The notes under the pieces were generated by a model that saw only the letters and a list, made by a program, of their open reading frames with translations, did no database searches and had not been told where the DNA came from. DNA of 54,256 bases from positions 1 through 54,256 of the forward strand of contig JAHJHG010000007.1 in NCBI GenBank assembly GCA_018823885.1. Reading direction: 5' to 3'. This document shows, piece after piece, positions 27,179-37,819 of the stretch (positions are counted from its first letter, which is position 1; each line of letters starts with the position of its first letter). Origin of the DNA: Patescibacteria group bacterium (lineage in GTDB: Bacteria > Patescibacteriota > Microgenomatia > UBA8517). The translations under genes and the position numbers were made by a program.

Positions 27179-28831
27179 TTAATTAGCCACAATTTCAAAT
27201 GCAGGCTCTCCATTCGGAGAGTATATCGTTTTGACTATATTTGCGTGCTCTGGTATCTCGTCATCCGTTCCTATAATTAAACTTCTCGGACTATTTGGTG
27301 CTTCTTGGTCGTAGTCTATTGGTCTGAAGTAATATTTGTCAAAATTATCAACTGTCGAAAACCCATATTTGTCCCTCCCAGATAAAACATGATTCTCCTG
27401 AAACTGTGCTGGAGGATACTTCAAGTAAAAAAGCAGCAACATATATGGCTGATCATACCTAGTTGTAATTATCACCTCATCATATTTGCTTTCCTCTTCT
27501 TTTATATACGCTGTAAGTTCTTTTAGTCCATATTGAGACGAATATGGATATTCTTTGGCCATGTGGACCCAATACATATGTAGATATCTTGCAAACTGCC
27601 AGGAAATAATCAAAAAGAATAATACAAAAATTGAATTAAGTAATGCTTTTTTATGGACAATCTTGCGCAACCATTTCGAAAGAGATATCAATCCATAAGC
27701 CGATATGACCACCAAAGGAATTACCATACTCTGGGCTCGAAGCGCATGAGGTGATTGAAAAGTTAGGGCCGCCGCAAAAGGAGCAATAACAAGCCAAAGT
27801 ATAATTGGCGACCAACCTTTCGGTTTCTTAGCAATAAAAACCAAACCAGCCACAACAAACAAAATATCAAAAAGATACATCAATCCTGTTTCGGGCACCC
27901 TATTTCTTTGAATCTCATCACTGGACAAAAATAAAAACTCTCCCCAAAAGTGCCTTGCCCAGTTATCGGCAAACGCTAGGCTATAATTTACCGCTTTATT
28001 GTGAAGTATCCTTGTCGGTAGTGATTGAAAATCAGCATGTTCACCCCTAAGTTCATTTATTCTGGCAAGCGGCCCCGGATCAGCGAAAAGGCCTACTCCT
28101 GCCACCCTAGATGTAACCGCAGGTCCGGCGAAATCTATCATTAGCGGCGTAAGCACAACTAAACCGATAATTCCGGCGATTACGGCTCCCTTAATATTCC
28201 CAATTATTTTCTTTCTATATATTATTGCCAACCCAATGACAAGAAGTGGGACAACAATACGTGCTGCGTGGTATGTGTAAAGAGAAAAAACAAAAAACAA
28301 TGAAGAAAGAATCAGCAGTTTTGGTTTTTTAAAAGATCTTATAAATAACCAAACACCAATAGTCATAAAAAAGGTAGCCGCGTTTACTTCCCACCCGCCG
28401 CGGGAAAAATGAATGTGCCAGGAAGAAATAGCTAGAAAAAAACTCGATACTAGAGCCAGTGTATCGTCTTTAAACAGCTCTTTAACCAACAAATATAGTA
28501 TCAATACTGTGGCCACCCCCAGAAGTGCCCCAGGGATTCTTACTGCCCACTCTGTTAGTCCCAAGAGTTTAACAAATGGCAAAACGAGATAGAAATAACC
28601 TCCTGGCTTAAAATCATTGAAAGATTGAAAATGGACTGGCCAGGGATTGCTATGTTCGTCCAATCCAGTTTCGATTAGGGAATAGGCGTTATATGCAATG
28701 GCGGCCTCATCGGCATTCAGAGCTGGATAATCGGCCAAACGATAAAACCTTAAGAGAAATGCCAAGGCAATAATTGATATCAAGACTATCTTCTTGTACT
28801 TATATATATTTATCTTTTTAAATCTTTTCAT
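27179..28831 (-). CDS. ArnT/PMT-like GT-C, array copy
   Basis: NADEAAIAYNAYSL, FNDFKPG, WHIHFSR, ILHNK, PHALRA, SQYGLKE. Confidence 0.85.
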   Translation of the reverse strand: MKRFKKINIYKYKKIVLISIIALAFLLRFYRLADYPALNADEAAIAYNAYSLIETGLDEHSNPWPVHFQSFNDFKPGGYFYLVLPFVKLLGLTEWAVRIPGALLGVATVLILYLLVKELFKDDTLALVSSFFLAISSWHIHFSRGGWEVNAATFFMTIGVWLFIRSFKKPKLLILSSLFFVFSLYTYHAARIVVPLLVIGLAIIYRKKIIGNIKGAVIAGIIGLVVLTPLMIDFAGPAVTSRVAGVGLFADPGPLARINELRGEHADFQSLPTRILHNKAVNYSLAFADNWARHFWGEFLFLSSDEIQRNRVPETGLMYLFDILFVVAGLVFIAKKPKGWSPIILWLVIAPFAAALTFQSPHALRAQSMVIPLVVISAYGLISLSKWLRKIVHKKALLNSIFVLFFLIISWQFARYLHMYWVHMAKEYPYSSQYGLKELTAYIKEEESKYDEVIITTRYDQPYMLLLFYLKYPPAQFQENHVLSGRDKYGFSTVDNFDKYYFRPIDYDQEAPNSPRSLIIGTDDEIPEHANIVKTIYSPNGEPAFEIVAN

Positions 28832-30477
28832 AATGGCTCTATTATTCTAAAAGCCGGGTTAGTATTCAAATAGTTAATTTCCTTAATTAATTTAAACTGC
28901 TCCGGATCACTGGAATCTTCAACCGGAATCCTTATTGTGTCGGCAACAAATAAACTTCCTTTTTCACCCCGATTAACTGACCAGTCAATCGGCGCAAAAT
29001 ATATATTATCTAATCTTTCTACTTGCCCCACATCTCCTACCGCACTTTCTTTGAGTTTTGCTTGAGCCTGATACTTTGCTGGACTGTATTTTTGATAAAA
29101 CAGGAAATAAATATATGGTTGAGCATAGGATTGCTGCACCTTAATAGTTTCATAATTAGATTGAATAGGAGTAACTGTTCCTACAATTTGTTTGTAACCA
29201 TACTCCCAACATTTTGAATCATGTTTTGACAGATGGACAAAATATGCGTCTAGATAATAAACATAATTGAGCAAATATATTACCGCCAATCCTCCCAAAA
29301 TAATTTTTTTGTGTTTCACAATTTTGTTAAATAGAAAAAGTAATCCAAACGAAGACATTAGCACCAAGGGAATTACCATGTTGTAACTTCTTACTGCATG
29401 TACCTGATCTCTAGATAAAGCGGCAGGAAGAGGAGCAAGCAACAACCATAGAAAGATAAATATCGATTCTTTTGACCTGGAACGAACCAGAACAATAAAC
29501 CCAGAAATAATCAAAAGCAAATCTGTGAATATAAACATGCCTGTATAGGGAGCCGAATGTCTTGGATTTTGCCAATCGCCCTCAAAGAATAAGAATCTAC
29601 CAGTAAAGTGATTAAACCATCGACCCAAAACTCCCCTTGTAAAATTTACTCCTTCGGAATGAAACAAGTAATAGCTTAAGCCCCCTATTTTTTCCTCACC
29701 CTGATCAAGAAACTGTTGAATATAATCAGTGGGCCTTGGATATGAGAAAACACTGAAAACCTCAAGTCTTCCTGTTTTGCCTTGGAAAAAACCAAGCAAT
29801 ATTGGAAGTGATACCAACAATCCTATTAAAAAAGCAGTTGCTAGCGTTTTCTTCTCGAATTTAATCACGTCTTTAAAATATATTATTCCCAAAACAACCA
29901 ACACTATTGCCGTTGAAAGCTTCGCCCCCTGATATGTAATAAGTGTTAGAGCAAAGAAAAAGGCCGAATAAAATAAATGTTTTTGTTTTTCAATTGCTTT
30001 TACAAAAAAGTAGATACCAAGAAGGGTGAGGGTTAGAGAAACATTAATTTCCCATGCGCCCCTAGAAAAGTGGATATGCCAGGGATTAATTGCAAGCAAA
30101 AAACTTGAGACAAGGGCTATTTTTTTGTCTTTAAAAAACTGCAAACCAATCATATACATCAAAAATACAGCCAATATTCCAAATGCAGCACTAGGCAGTC
30201 TTACAGCAAATTCTGTCAGTCCTAAAACAGCCACAGCGGGTACGGTCAAATAGACATAAAGACCGGGCTTAAAATCACCAAAGGATTTAAAGATAATCGG
30301 CATAATCTTTCCGTATTCATCTTTACCCGTTTTTAAAATAGAGTAGGCGTTATAACCCAAAGAAGCCTCATCGGGTGCAAGATGAGGAGGAGTACTCCCC
30401 AAATTCCACAATCTCAACACCGACGCCAAAAGCAAAATAACAAAAATTATGTTCTTCTTATTTAATAGTTTTTTCAT
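28828..30477 (-). CDS. ArnT/PMT-like GT-C, array copy
   Basis: APDEASLGYNAYSILKTGKDEYG, FGDFKPG, WHIHFSR, VHAVRS, WEYGYKQ; likely start ATG 30477. Confidence 0.85.
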   Translation of the reverse strand: MKKLLNKKNIIFVILLLASVLRLWNLGSTPPHLAPDEASLGYNAYSILKTGKDEYGKIMPIIFKSFGDFKPGLYVYLTVPAVAVLGLTEFAVRLPSAAFGILAVFLMYMIGLQFFKDKKIALVSSFLLAINPWHIHFSRGAWEINVSLTLTLLGIYFFVKAIEKQKHLFYSAFFFALTLITYQGAKLSTAIVLVVLGIIYFKDVIKFEKKTLATAFLIGLLVSLPILLGFFQGKTGRLEVFSVFSYPRPTDYIQQFLDQGEEKIGGLSYYLFHSEGVNFTRGVLGRWFNHFTGRFLFFEGDWQNPRHSAPYTGMFIFTDLLLIISGFIVLVRSRSKESIFIFLWLLLAPLPAALSRDQVHAVRSYNMVIPLVLMSSFGLLFLFNKIVKHKKIILGGLAVIYLLNYVYYLDAYFVHLSKHDSKCWEYGYKQIVGTVTPIQSNYETIKVQQSYAQPYIYFLFYQKYSPAKYQAQAKLKESAVGDVGQVERLDNIYFAPIDWSVNRGEKGSLFVADTIRIPVEDSSDPEQFKLIKEINYLNTNPAFRIIEPL

Positions 30478-32137
30478 ATATTTCAAAGGCTGGTACATCA
30501 TTTAAGAACTTTATAGTATCAAGCTTATCCCATCCATAAGGATAATTCCCAGGACTGGTAATTAATAAGCAACTAGAATCATTACAATCAATTTCCTTCT
30601 TACTTTCCAATACAAAAGTTGCGCCTTCGCTTGGCATCTCCCAATCGTTTACAAAATATAACTTATCAAATGCATCAACCCAGTACCAATCCGTTTGATG
30701 AAACCGAATAAGATTTTCATCATTTCGATAATCACTTGGATTCCATGGCCAAAAATATAAGAAAAATTCGTGTGGCTCTCCGTATTTTTTAGTTACAATA
30801 ACTTTATCGTACTGATCATAATTCTGCTTAACATAGGAAACAGCTTGTTCATATCCATACTGCCATGACCACGAATAATCCTTTCTATAATCTCCGAAAT
30901 ATTCAAAAAGATAATTCCTTGCGAAAGCGGCAAGAATAATGATGTAGGCAACAATCAATAAGCTTCTATATTTCTTATCAAACCACTCAATAAGAGCAAT
31001 AAATCCCGATGCGCTAATTATCATAGGAATTGGGAGCATTGTTATCGCTCTCAATACATGAGGCGCTTCCCTTGTTAAACTTGATGGAATTGGTGCCAAG
31101 AAAAGCCAAGTTAATAACAAAAGAGAACCTTTGTTTGGTTTTTTGATAAGCACAACCAGTCCTATCAGGAAAAAGAGTAGATTGACAATGTATATTAGCC
31201 CATGACGAGGAACGCTAAATTGATAATGACTTCCTCCTTCATAAAACAAAAATTCTGGAGAAAAATGAGAAAACCAATTCGAGGTAAATTGAGTTACAAA
31301 GTAAGTGCCTTTGTTATAAACCGCTCTTGCCAACAAAGGAGATAGTTCAGAAAGGTTCCTTCCCTCATTTATTTTCGTAATCGCACCTTCATCGATAATA
31401 GCCACCCAGCCATACCTTGCTTGGCCCGTGGGGTTTAGCAATTGAGAGAACATCGGCACAAAAATGATCAAGGCAAGAATAGTACTGAGAACAACAAACT
31501 TGCTCTTCTTTTTCCAAACCGCCAACAATTCTTTCTTATATATAAATTTCAAAGCTACAAGAAGAAGTGGGACGAAAACACGCGCAGAATTATATGTCCA
31601 CACCGACAATCCCAAAAGAATTACTGAAATCGGTAGCCATTTTGTTTTTTTAATTCCAATAATAAAAAGGTAAATTCCAGAGACGATGAAAAAAAGCGAC
31701 AGGTTTGCCTCAAAGGCTCCCCTAGACAAAAACAAGCTCCATGGTTCAATAGCGACAAGAAAAGCTGAAATAAGAGCTACTTTTTTATTGATTAACTCTT
31801 TAGCAAGAAGGTAGGTAAAGATAACCACTCCAATGCCCGCAAGAATTGAAGGAAGTCTCACCGCTAATACACTTAGGCCCAAGAAAAACTCGGAAACACT
31901 TGTTAAGTAAATGTACACAGGAAGCTTGTAGTCTCCATATGCCCTAAAAATCGCAGGAAAACTTACCCCCCACTCATCTTTTCCCGTTTTTAATATCGAA
32001 TAGGCATTATATCCATGAGAAATTTCATCCCAGTTCAAAGAAGGGGGCACTTTTGAAATAGCCATAAACCTGAGAACAACGGCCACAAGAAGAATAAGGA
32101 AAAACAAACCATACTTTTTTACTAACTTATTTAGCAT
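30458..32137 (-). CDS. ArnT/PMT-like GT-C, array copy
   Basis: NWDEISHGYNAYSILKTGKDEWG, YGDYKLP, PHVLRA, WQYGYEQ. Confidence 0.85.
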   Translation of the reverse strand: MLNKLVKKYGLFFLILLVAVVLRFMAISKVPPSLNWDEISHGYNAYSILKTGKDEWGVSFPAIFRAYGDYKLPVYIYLTSVSEFFLGLSVLAVRLPSILAGIGVVIFTYLLAKELINKKVALISAFLVAIEPWSLFLSRGAFEANLSLFFIVSGIYLFIIGIKKTKWLPISVILLGLSVWTYNSARVFVPLLLVALKFIYKKELLAVWKKKSKFVVLSTILALIIFVPMFSQLLNPTGQARYGWVAIIDEGAITKINEGRNLSELSPLLARAVYNKGTYFVTQFTSNWFSHFSPEFLFYEGGSHYQFSVPRHGLIYIVNLLFFLIGLVVLIKKPNKGSLLLLTWLFLAPIPSSLTREAPHVLRAITMLPIPMIISASGFIALIEWFDKKYRSLLIVAYIIILAAFARNYLFEYFGDYRKDYSWSWQYGYEQAVSYVKQNYDQYDKVIVTKKYGEPHEFFLYFWPWNPSDYRNDENLIRFHQTDWYWVDAFDKLYFVNDWEMPSEGATFVLESKKEIDCNDSSCLLITSPGNYPYGWDKLDTIKFLNDVPAFEIYEKTIK

Positions 32138-33776
32138 TTCCTTTACTTGTATCTACAAAAATGAATCCCAGTTCCCCACTCTTAAAATATATCTTTTTAA
32201 CAATCATTTCCTCTGGAACCTCCTCGATAGGGAAATCCCAGGGAGCGGCAATAAATAGCGAATTTGGATATTCATATCTATCTTGCTTCCAATACGGTCT
32301 TTTAATCCGAATATTCTCTGTTGTTCTTGTATCAAGATACTCCACAGGATCATATTTACAATAAAAAAGGACATATAGATGAGGGAGTCCAGTGATATCA
32401 GACTTAACCCCAAAAGACTCTGAAATAAATACGTTGTCATATTTATCCTTGTTCTCACATGCGTGAATGGCAATATCTTTATATCCATACTGCCAATATT
32501 CAGAAAAGAAGCGAGGTGAATGATTGGTATATATGTCAAAGAAATAAACAAAATTAATAAACAAAACCACTACATATAAGGCTAGCATTTTTGGCCTTTT
32601 TAGTTTCGCTGCAATAAATTCAAATCCACTTGCCATCAAAAGAGCAAAAAACGGAAACCACACTAAGGCCCTCAAAGGATGCTGTTCGTTCATCGTCAAG
32701 GAGGCCGGCAAAGGTCCAGCAAAAAACCAGAAGAGTGCAAGCTTCCTTATTTCTTTGTTTCTAGATCGAATTAAAGAATAGATACCCATTAATATAATCG
32801 GAAGATCCACAAGGAAAAGAAAACCTAGTCCAGAATATCCCGGAGGAGTAAATTGCATCCCCTTCCAAAACCAAAGCCGTAAATCAAAATAATTAAAATA
32901 TTTGCCCAACCAGTGTCTAAATATTAAATAAGCATTGTTATCAAAAATCAACTCTTTAACATTTTCGTATCCTTCGATGTGTAAAATCCCCGTCAAAGAT
33001 TGTTCTCTGATTATCGAGGTTGATATCGCTCTTTCTTTTATTGCAGGGGTGAAAAATGTTAAATTCAAAAACGGTATGGCGAAAACCAAAACCACTAAGG
33101 CAAAATATACAATATGTTTTTTCGTTTCAGGCTTTGTGAATTTTATTCGGTCTTTATAAATATAAAATAATACCAAAACCAATAATGGGACAAATACCCG
33201 CTCTGCATGATAACCCCATACCGCTACGCTAAAAGCTATTGCGCTACCAATTAATTGAAGTTTATTTTTATCCTTCGTCCATTTAATAAATAGCCAAACC
33301 CCAAGTGTTGTTAATATCATGGCTGTCAAGCCAGCAAAACTTCCTCTTGAAAAATGAACCCCCCATGATACTAAGGCAACCCACAAGCCCGTCATTATTG
33401 CCGATAACCAAGATAATCGCATAGAGCGGATAAAGAAAATAAACAAAATACTCGAAAGCGCAGCAATAAGGGCAACATGGAAGCGCACAGCAAATTCATT
33501 CAGACCAAATAAAGCAATTGAAGGAACAGTCAAGTAAATATCAACAGGAGGTTTGTAATCCCCAACTGATTTAAATGCGAGAGGCAACAATTCTCCAAAC
33601 TCATCACGTCCTGTTTTTAGAATTGAGTAGGCATTATATCCCACAGAAACCTCGTCCATAGAAAGACTGACTGGATACTGTGACAGTTTCCAAAATCTCA
33701 CAATAAGAGCAATAACAAAAACGACAATTATTGCTCCCAGTATTTTTATATTTTTCTTTTTTAACAAGTTAGCCAT
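32127..33776 (-). CDS. ArnT/PMT-like GT-C, array copy
   Basis: SMDEVSVGYNAYSILKTGRDEFG, VGDYKPP, QHPLRA, WQYGYKD. Confidence 0.85.
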   Translation of the reverse strand: MANLLKKKNIKILGAIIVVFVIALIVRFWKLSQYPVSLSMDEVSVGYNAYSILKTGRDEFGELLPLAFKSVGDYKPPVDIYLTVPSIALFGLNEFAVRFHVALIAALSSILFIFFIRSMRLSWLSAIMTGLWVALVSWGVHFSRGSFAGLTAMILTTLGVWLFIKWTKDKNKLQLIGSAIAFSVAVWGYHAERVFVPLLVLVLFYIYKDRIKFTKPETKKHIVYFALVVLVFAIPFLNLTFFTPAIKERAISTSIIREQSLTGILHIEGYENVKELIFDNNAYLIFRHWLGKYFNYFDLRLWFWKGMQFTPPGYSGLGFLFLVDLPIILMGIYSLIRSRNKEIRKLALFWFFAGPLPASLTMNEQHPLRALVWFPFFALLMASGFEFIAAKLKRPKMLALYVVVLFINFVYFFDIYTNHSPRFFSEYWQYGYKDIAIHACENKDKYDNVFISESFGVKSDITGLPHLYVLFYCKYDPVEYLDTRTTENIRIKRPYWKQDRYEYPNSLFIAAPWDFPIEEVPEEMIVKKIYFKSGELGFIFVDTSKGNAK

Positions 33777-34408
33777 AATGCCCTACTTATGATAAACACA
33801 CCATATATGATTAGTAATCCGATTATTAAATTCCTTTTCTTGCATTCATTAATAAGAAGCTCTATCCCCTGCGAAGCAATATAAATATAAAGCAATAGGA
33901 CTGGAAAAAGAAAAACAAGATTCCTTGCCCCAGCCAAAAACCCAAAAAGAGGAAAAGCTAATAATAAGAAAAGTGGCTTAAATTCTTTTTGTTTCGCCAG
34001 TTTAATCAATCCAAAAACCCAAAAAACAAACGCAAAAAAGGGTACTGGTTCAACTCCTGGAGGTGAAAATTCTGTACCATCACCAGCTTGAAAATATATC
34101 CTTGGCGACAAGAGAGAAAGGTATTCAAAAGAGTTGTCAACCAAAACCATTGCTTTGTTGTAATATAGTCGGGAAATTAATTCTTCCTTTTCTTCGCTAA
34201 AAGCATTCCATCTCATCTCCTCAACGTATCTCAGCTTCTCATCTGAAAATATCGAAGTAACTTTGCGTTTGACATTAATAGGAAAATTTACCAGCTCTAT
34301 CGAAGCGTTAATTGGTTGAAAAATTACCCACCAAAACCCTGGAGACAAAAGTAATAAAAGAAAAAAATATATTCTCTTGTGAAGGATTTCACTTATTTTT
34401 ATGTGCAT
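33761..34408 (-). CDS. Miniature membrane protein resembling the central loop/TM region of the array GT-Cs
   Basis: RLYYNK...EYLSLLSPRIYFQAGD matches R.hNK...Y...F.P.FLF..G of neighbours; lacks the DE motif and C-terminal domain; overlaps both neighbours. Confidence 0.65.
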   Translation of the reverse strand: MHIKISEILHKRIYFFLLLLLSPGFWWVIFQPINASIELVNFPINVKRKVTSIFSDEKLRYVEEMRWNAFSEEKEELISRLYYNKAMVLVDNSFEYLSLLSPRIYFQAGDGTEFSPPGVEPVPFFAFVFWVFGLIKLAKQKEFKPLFLLLAFPLFGFLAGARNLVFLFPVLLLYIYIASQGIELLINECKKRNLIIGLLIIYGVFIISRALWLTC

Positions 34409-36110
34409 AAAGCTTTGTAACCGTATCTACTATATATATTGATGGTTCGTCATCTGGATAATAAAATACCATCAACGGATCTGTTACGCCGGGGAAATCC
34501 TCTGGTTTTCCAACAAAAACAGCTACCTCCTCCCTATCGGTTTCCCAATAGAAATTTTTGAAAGTGTAATTCCCCAAACTATATTCAGGAAGCTGATCGA
34601 CCCAAAGCAAATTATTTTCCTTATATAACCAACCTTTCGTTGCCTCTTGATAATCAAGAGGGTCCCACTTGTTGGCATAAGCAACAAATATTTGCGGCTC
34701 TGACAATTTCTTACTTACAATTATTTTTCTATCAGGAGCAACATTTTCTGCCAGCCACTGGGTCGCCTCAAAATGGCCATATAACATTGCCTGGGCCGTC
34801 TTTTTCGGAGATTGGACAACCCAGTCTTCAATAAACATGGCAAAGAAGATTAAAACTATTGCTACATACCCTATCGTCAATTTCTTTAGTATTTCTTTGC
34901 CATACTTTTGTCTAACGGCATCATATAAGCTGATTGCTCCAAAAGCTAAAATAATCTGTATGGCTGGCAGCATAATCACCGCCCGATTACCTGCATAGCC
35001 TGGGCCTGTAGCCAAAGCTGCCGGGATTGGAGCGAGAAACAACCAAATAAGGATTATTGATAGAAACTTTTTCTCCTTAAATTTAGAAAGTGAATAGACA
35101 AACCAAGCCAGAAATGGTAATTCAAACCAATAAAGCATGCCTCGTCCGGGAATCATTCCATACGTTGCCTCGGCTGGCCCATGAGTAAATAAAAACTGCG
35201 GGGAAAAATACAGTAAATAATTACTCATAAAGCGCCTGGCTACAAACAAAACCTTGTTGTGCATAAGCCTAGCAAGGATCGGGTTCATGCCAGATAAAAC
35301 GGCTGTCACTCTTTCTATTCCTGCCGCTTCCATAGCTCCCTTAAAAAGGCTAATATCTTTTACTCTCTCGCCTGCTCCTTGCAAAAAGGTATAAGACATT
35401 AAACCAAGAAAAATTCCCATTATTCCCAGTGGAATTAATAATTCTTTTTTCTTTAACTTCAATAATTCTTTTCTGAAGAAATACACCAACACCACAATCA
35501 TTATTGGCGTAACAAGCTTGGCGGAATGATAAGAGAAAAGATTTAGACCTAAAATAATAGCTGACCAAATTAATTTTTTCGGTTGTTTTATCCCTTTAAT
35601 GAAAAGGTATATCCCCAGTGGCATTAGTAATGTTGTTAAACTTGCTTGAAAGGCTCCTCTACTCATAAAAATATGCCAAGGAGAAATCGCCAAAAGAAAA
35701 CTTGCTACAAGCGCTAATCTTTTGTCTTTTGATTTTGTTCTTTTCTTGTTTAATTTTTTAAGCTCTTTAATTAACAAATAGACAACATAGACCGCAGCCG
35801 TACCAGCAAGAGCATTGGGAAGTCGAATGGCTACTTTAGTAAGGCCCAAAGTCGCAATGAAGGGAGTGGCTATGTAGGCATACAGAGGAGGCTTATAATC
35901 ACCAAAGGATTCAAGAACGAGGGGGAGAGTATGTCCCCACTGATCTTTTCCTGTTTGAATCAATGAATAAGCATCATAACCGTCAGAAGCTTCGTCCGGC
36001 GTAAAACCATAGGGGTATGTAGACAAAGAAACTACCCTCAAGAAAAACGCCAGGGCAAGAATTATAAAAATATAATACTTTTTATTCAGTAATCGGCCAA
36101 TAACTTTCAT
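34389..36110 (-). CDS. ArnT/PMT-like GT-C, array copy
   Basis: TPDEASDGYDAYSLIQTGKDQWG, FGDYKPP, WHIFMSR, RLMHNK. Confidence 0.85.
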   Translation of the reverse strand: MKVIGRLLNKKYYIFIILALAFFLRVVSLSTYPYGFTPDEASDGYDAYSLIQTGKDQWGHTLPLVLESFGDYKPPLYAYIATPFIATLGLTKVAIRLPNALAGTAAVYVVYLLIKELKKLNKKRTKSKDKRLALVASFLLAISPWHIFMSRGAFQASLTTLLMPLGIYLFIKGIKQPKKLIWSAIILGLNLFSYHSAKLVTPIMIVVLVYFFRKELLKLKKKELLIPLGIMGIFLGLMSYTFLQGAGERVKDISLFKGAMEAAGIERVTAVLSGMNPILARLMHNKVLFVARRFMSNYLLYFSPQFLFTHGPAEATYGMIPGRGMLYWFELPFLAWFVYSLSKFKEKKFLSIILIWLFLAPIPAALATGPGYAGNRAVIMLPAIQIILAFGAISLYDAVRQKYGKEILKKLTIGYVAIVLIFFAMFIEDWVVQSPKKTAQAMLYGHFEATQWLAENVAPDRKIIVSKKLSEPQIFVAYANKWDPLDYQEATKGWLYKENNLLWVDQLPEYSLGNYTFKNFYWETDREEVAVFVGKPEDFPGVTDPLMVFYYPDDEPSIYIVDTVTKLYAHKNK

Positions 36111-37806
36111 ATGTATTTGGTAGCAATCCTTCCTTAAATCTTAAATCTACATCCTTATTGTATTCTAATCTTTCTGGCAAGGCCATTAATATATCTCTTT
36201 CAATTAAAGGGAGAAACTCTACAAGGATGATGGCTGGCTGTTCATCCCTAAACCTAATCACTTCCACAACATTGGCATTCTTAGGCACCTGGTAACCAAA
36301 ACAAACATAAAGGGTGTCTTCCTTTCCTGCAGGGGGGCACTCATAAGGCATATTAAAAATAATCTTGTCGAATTTCGTCACTCTTACCCCATTCGCAAGA
36401 GCCTGAGGAGCAAAATCTGATTTCTCTATAAACTCTTCTGGATGAACTTTGTTGTAAAAAAGGTAGGGAATATAATGACCGCCAGACATCACTATATTTG
36501 AGTAATCATCATAATTATTGTTCACTACCTCAACCATTTCTTTTAATCCCACGTCGCTATACCATGGGTGGTGATATTTCTTATGCACCAAATATTGATG
36601 AGAGAAATATAGAAAATTGAAAAAGTAGGCAACCAAAACTAGGGGTAACGCATACTTTCCCCATTTCTTTATATTGGAAATGGAATATATCCCTAAAGCA
36701 ATAATAAGTGCGTATGCATAAACAAGAATAATCGCCCTTGTTGTACTTCTAGATTCAATCACCAAAGAAGCAGCAACTGGCCCAGTCAAAAGCAAAACTA
36801 AAGGAATAAGTTTCTTTTCTTTTTTAAGTAATAGAAATATAGAAAGTAATCCCAAAAGAAACAGGGGTGCTTCTATTAAATACAACAGTCCTACATCCGG
36901 AATCGAATGCCTTTCCGTTCCCGAAGTCGTTTGGACAAAAAGAAACTCGGGATCAAAATATGAGGTATATCTAGAAAAAAAACCAAGTCCAGCTGAAACA
37001 ATTTTATTATGAAACGCTCTAGTTACAATCAGAGGGGTACCAGCCCTATTGTCCTCTGTAAATTGCTCTATCAACTTTGGTTTATTAAATAAAAGAGAAA
37101 AGTCTTGGGATCTTGCTCTGCTTTTGGGAGACACCAGAGACAGGGCCACCACTACTATTGATAAAACTACCAATAACAGGGCCCTAAAGCGTTGTTTCTC
37201 GGGAATCTTTTTGTACAAGACCAGAGACAAAAGAATATATACAATTGGCATATATACCCTGTATGCCTGGTATGAAAGAATCGCTAAGACATAAAATACT
37301 AAGGTTAAAATAGTGTTTTTCCTGCCTCCTTTTCTTAACCACCGCATTAGATAAATAATTGAAGTAATGGCAAAAAGCGCCCCTAAGACGTTGTTGTAGG
37401 CCACTCTTGAAAAATGAATATGTGTTGGAGCTACTGCCAAAACAAAAGCACAAAGAAGAGCAAATTTTTTCTTCTTTAAGATTTCCAAAGCCAAAAAGTA
37501 AATAGCAATAACCGACAACGCACCTGCTAGCGCCGCTACAATTCTTGTTGAAAAAGGATTTAAACCTAAAATACCAACTGGTATTGCCGCAAAATAAGAA
37601 TAAAGACCGTATTTAAAGTCCCCTGCTGACTCAAAATATAAAGGGAATTTATTCCCATATTCATCGGATTGATTAACGAGAAGAGAATATCCGTAGTAAC
37701 CAAGCGCCATTTCATCCTCATCAATAGCTTCCGGAACTTGTGCCAAATTCCAAACACGAAGAAAGAGTGCTAAAACGAAGATTAAACCCAAAATCCAGCG
37801 CTTCAT
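36082..37806 (-). CDS. ArnT/PMT-like GT-C, array copy
   Basis: DEDEMALGYYGYSL, AGDFKYG, HIHFSR, RAFHNK. Confidence 0.85.
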   Translation of the reverse strand: MKRWILGLIFVLALFLRVWNLAQVPEAIDEDEMALGYYGYSLLVNQSDEYGNKFPLYFESAGDFKYGLYSYFAAIPVGILGLNPFSTRIVAALAGALSVIAIYFLALEILKKKKFALLCAFVLAVAPTHIHFSRVAYNNVLGALFAITSIIYLMRWLRKGGRKNTILTLVFYVLAILSYQAYRVYMPIVYILLSLVLYKKIPEKQRFRALLLVVLSIVVVALSLVSPKSRARSQDFSLLFNKPKLIEQFTEDNRAGTPLIVTRAFHNKIVSAGLGFFSRYTSYFDPEFLFVQTTSGTERHSIPDVGLLYLIEAPLFLLGLLSIFLLLKKEKKLIPLVLLLTGPVAASLVIESRSTTRAIILVYAYALIIALGIYSISNIKKWGKYALPLVLVAYFFNFLYFSHQYLVHKKYHHPWYSDVGLKEMVEVVNNNYDDYSNIVMSGGHYIPYLFYNKVHPEEFIEKSDFAPQALANGVRVTKFDKIIFNMPYECPPAGKEDTLYVCFGYQVPKNANVVEVIRFRDEQPAIILVEFLPLIERDILMALPERLEYNKDVDLRFKEGLLPNTYESYWPITE

Positions 37807-37813
37807 TCTCTTG

Positions 37814-37819
37814 ATTATA
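37814..37819 (-). promoter_or_regulatory. Putative -10 box (TATAAT) overlapping the upstream stop codon, 7 nt before the first gene of the GT-C array
   Basis: Minus strand reads AAGC-TATAAT-CAAGAGA-ATG(37806). Confidence 0.45.
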
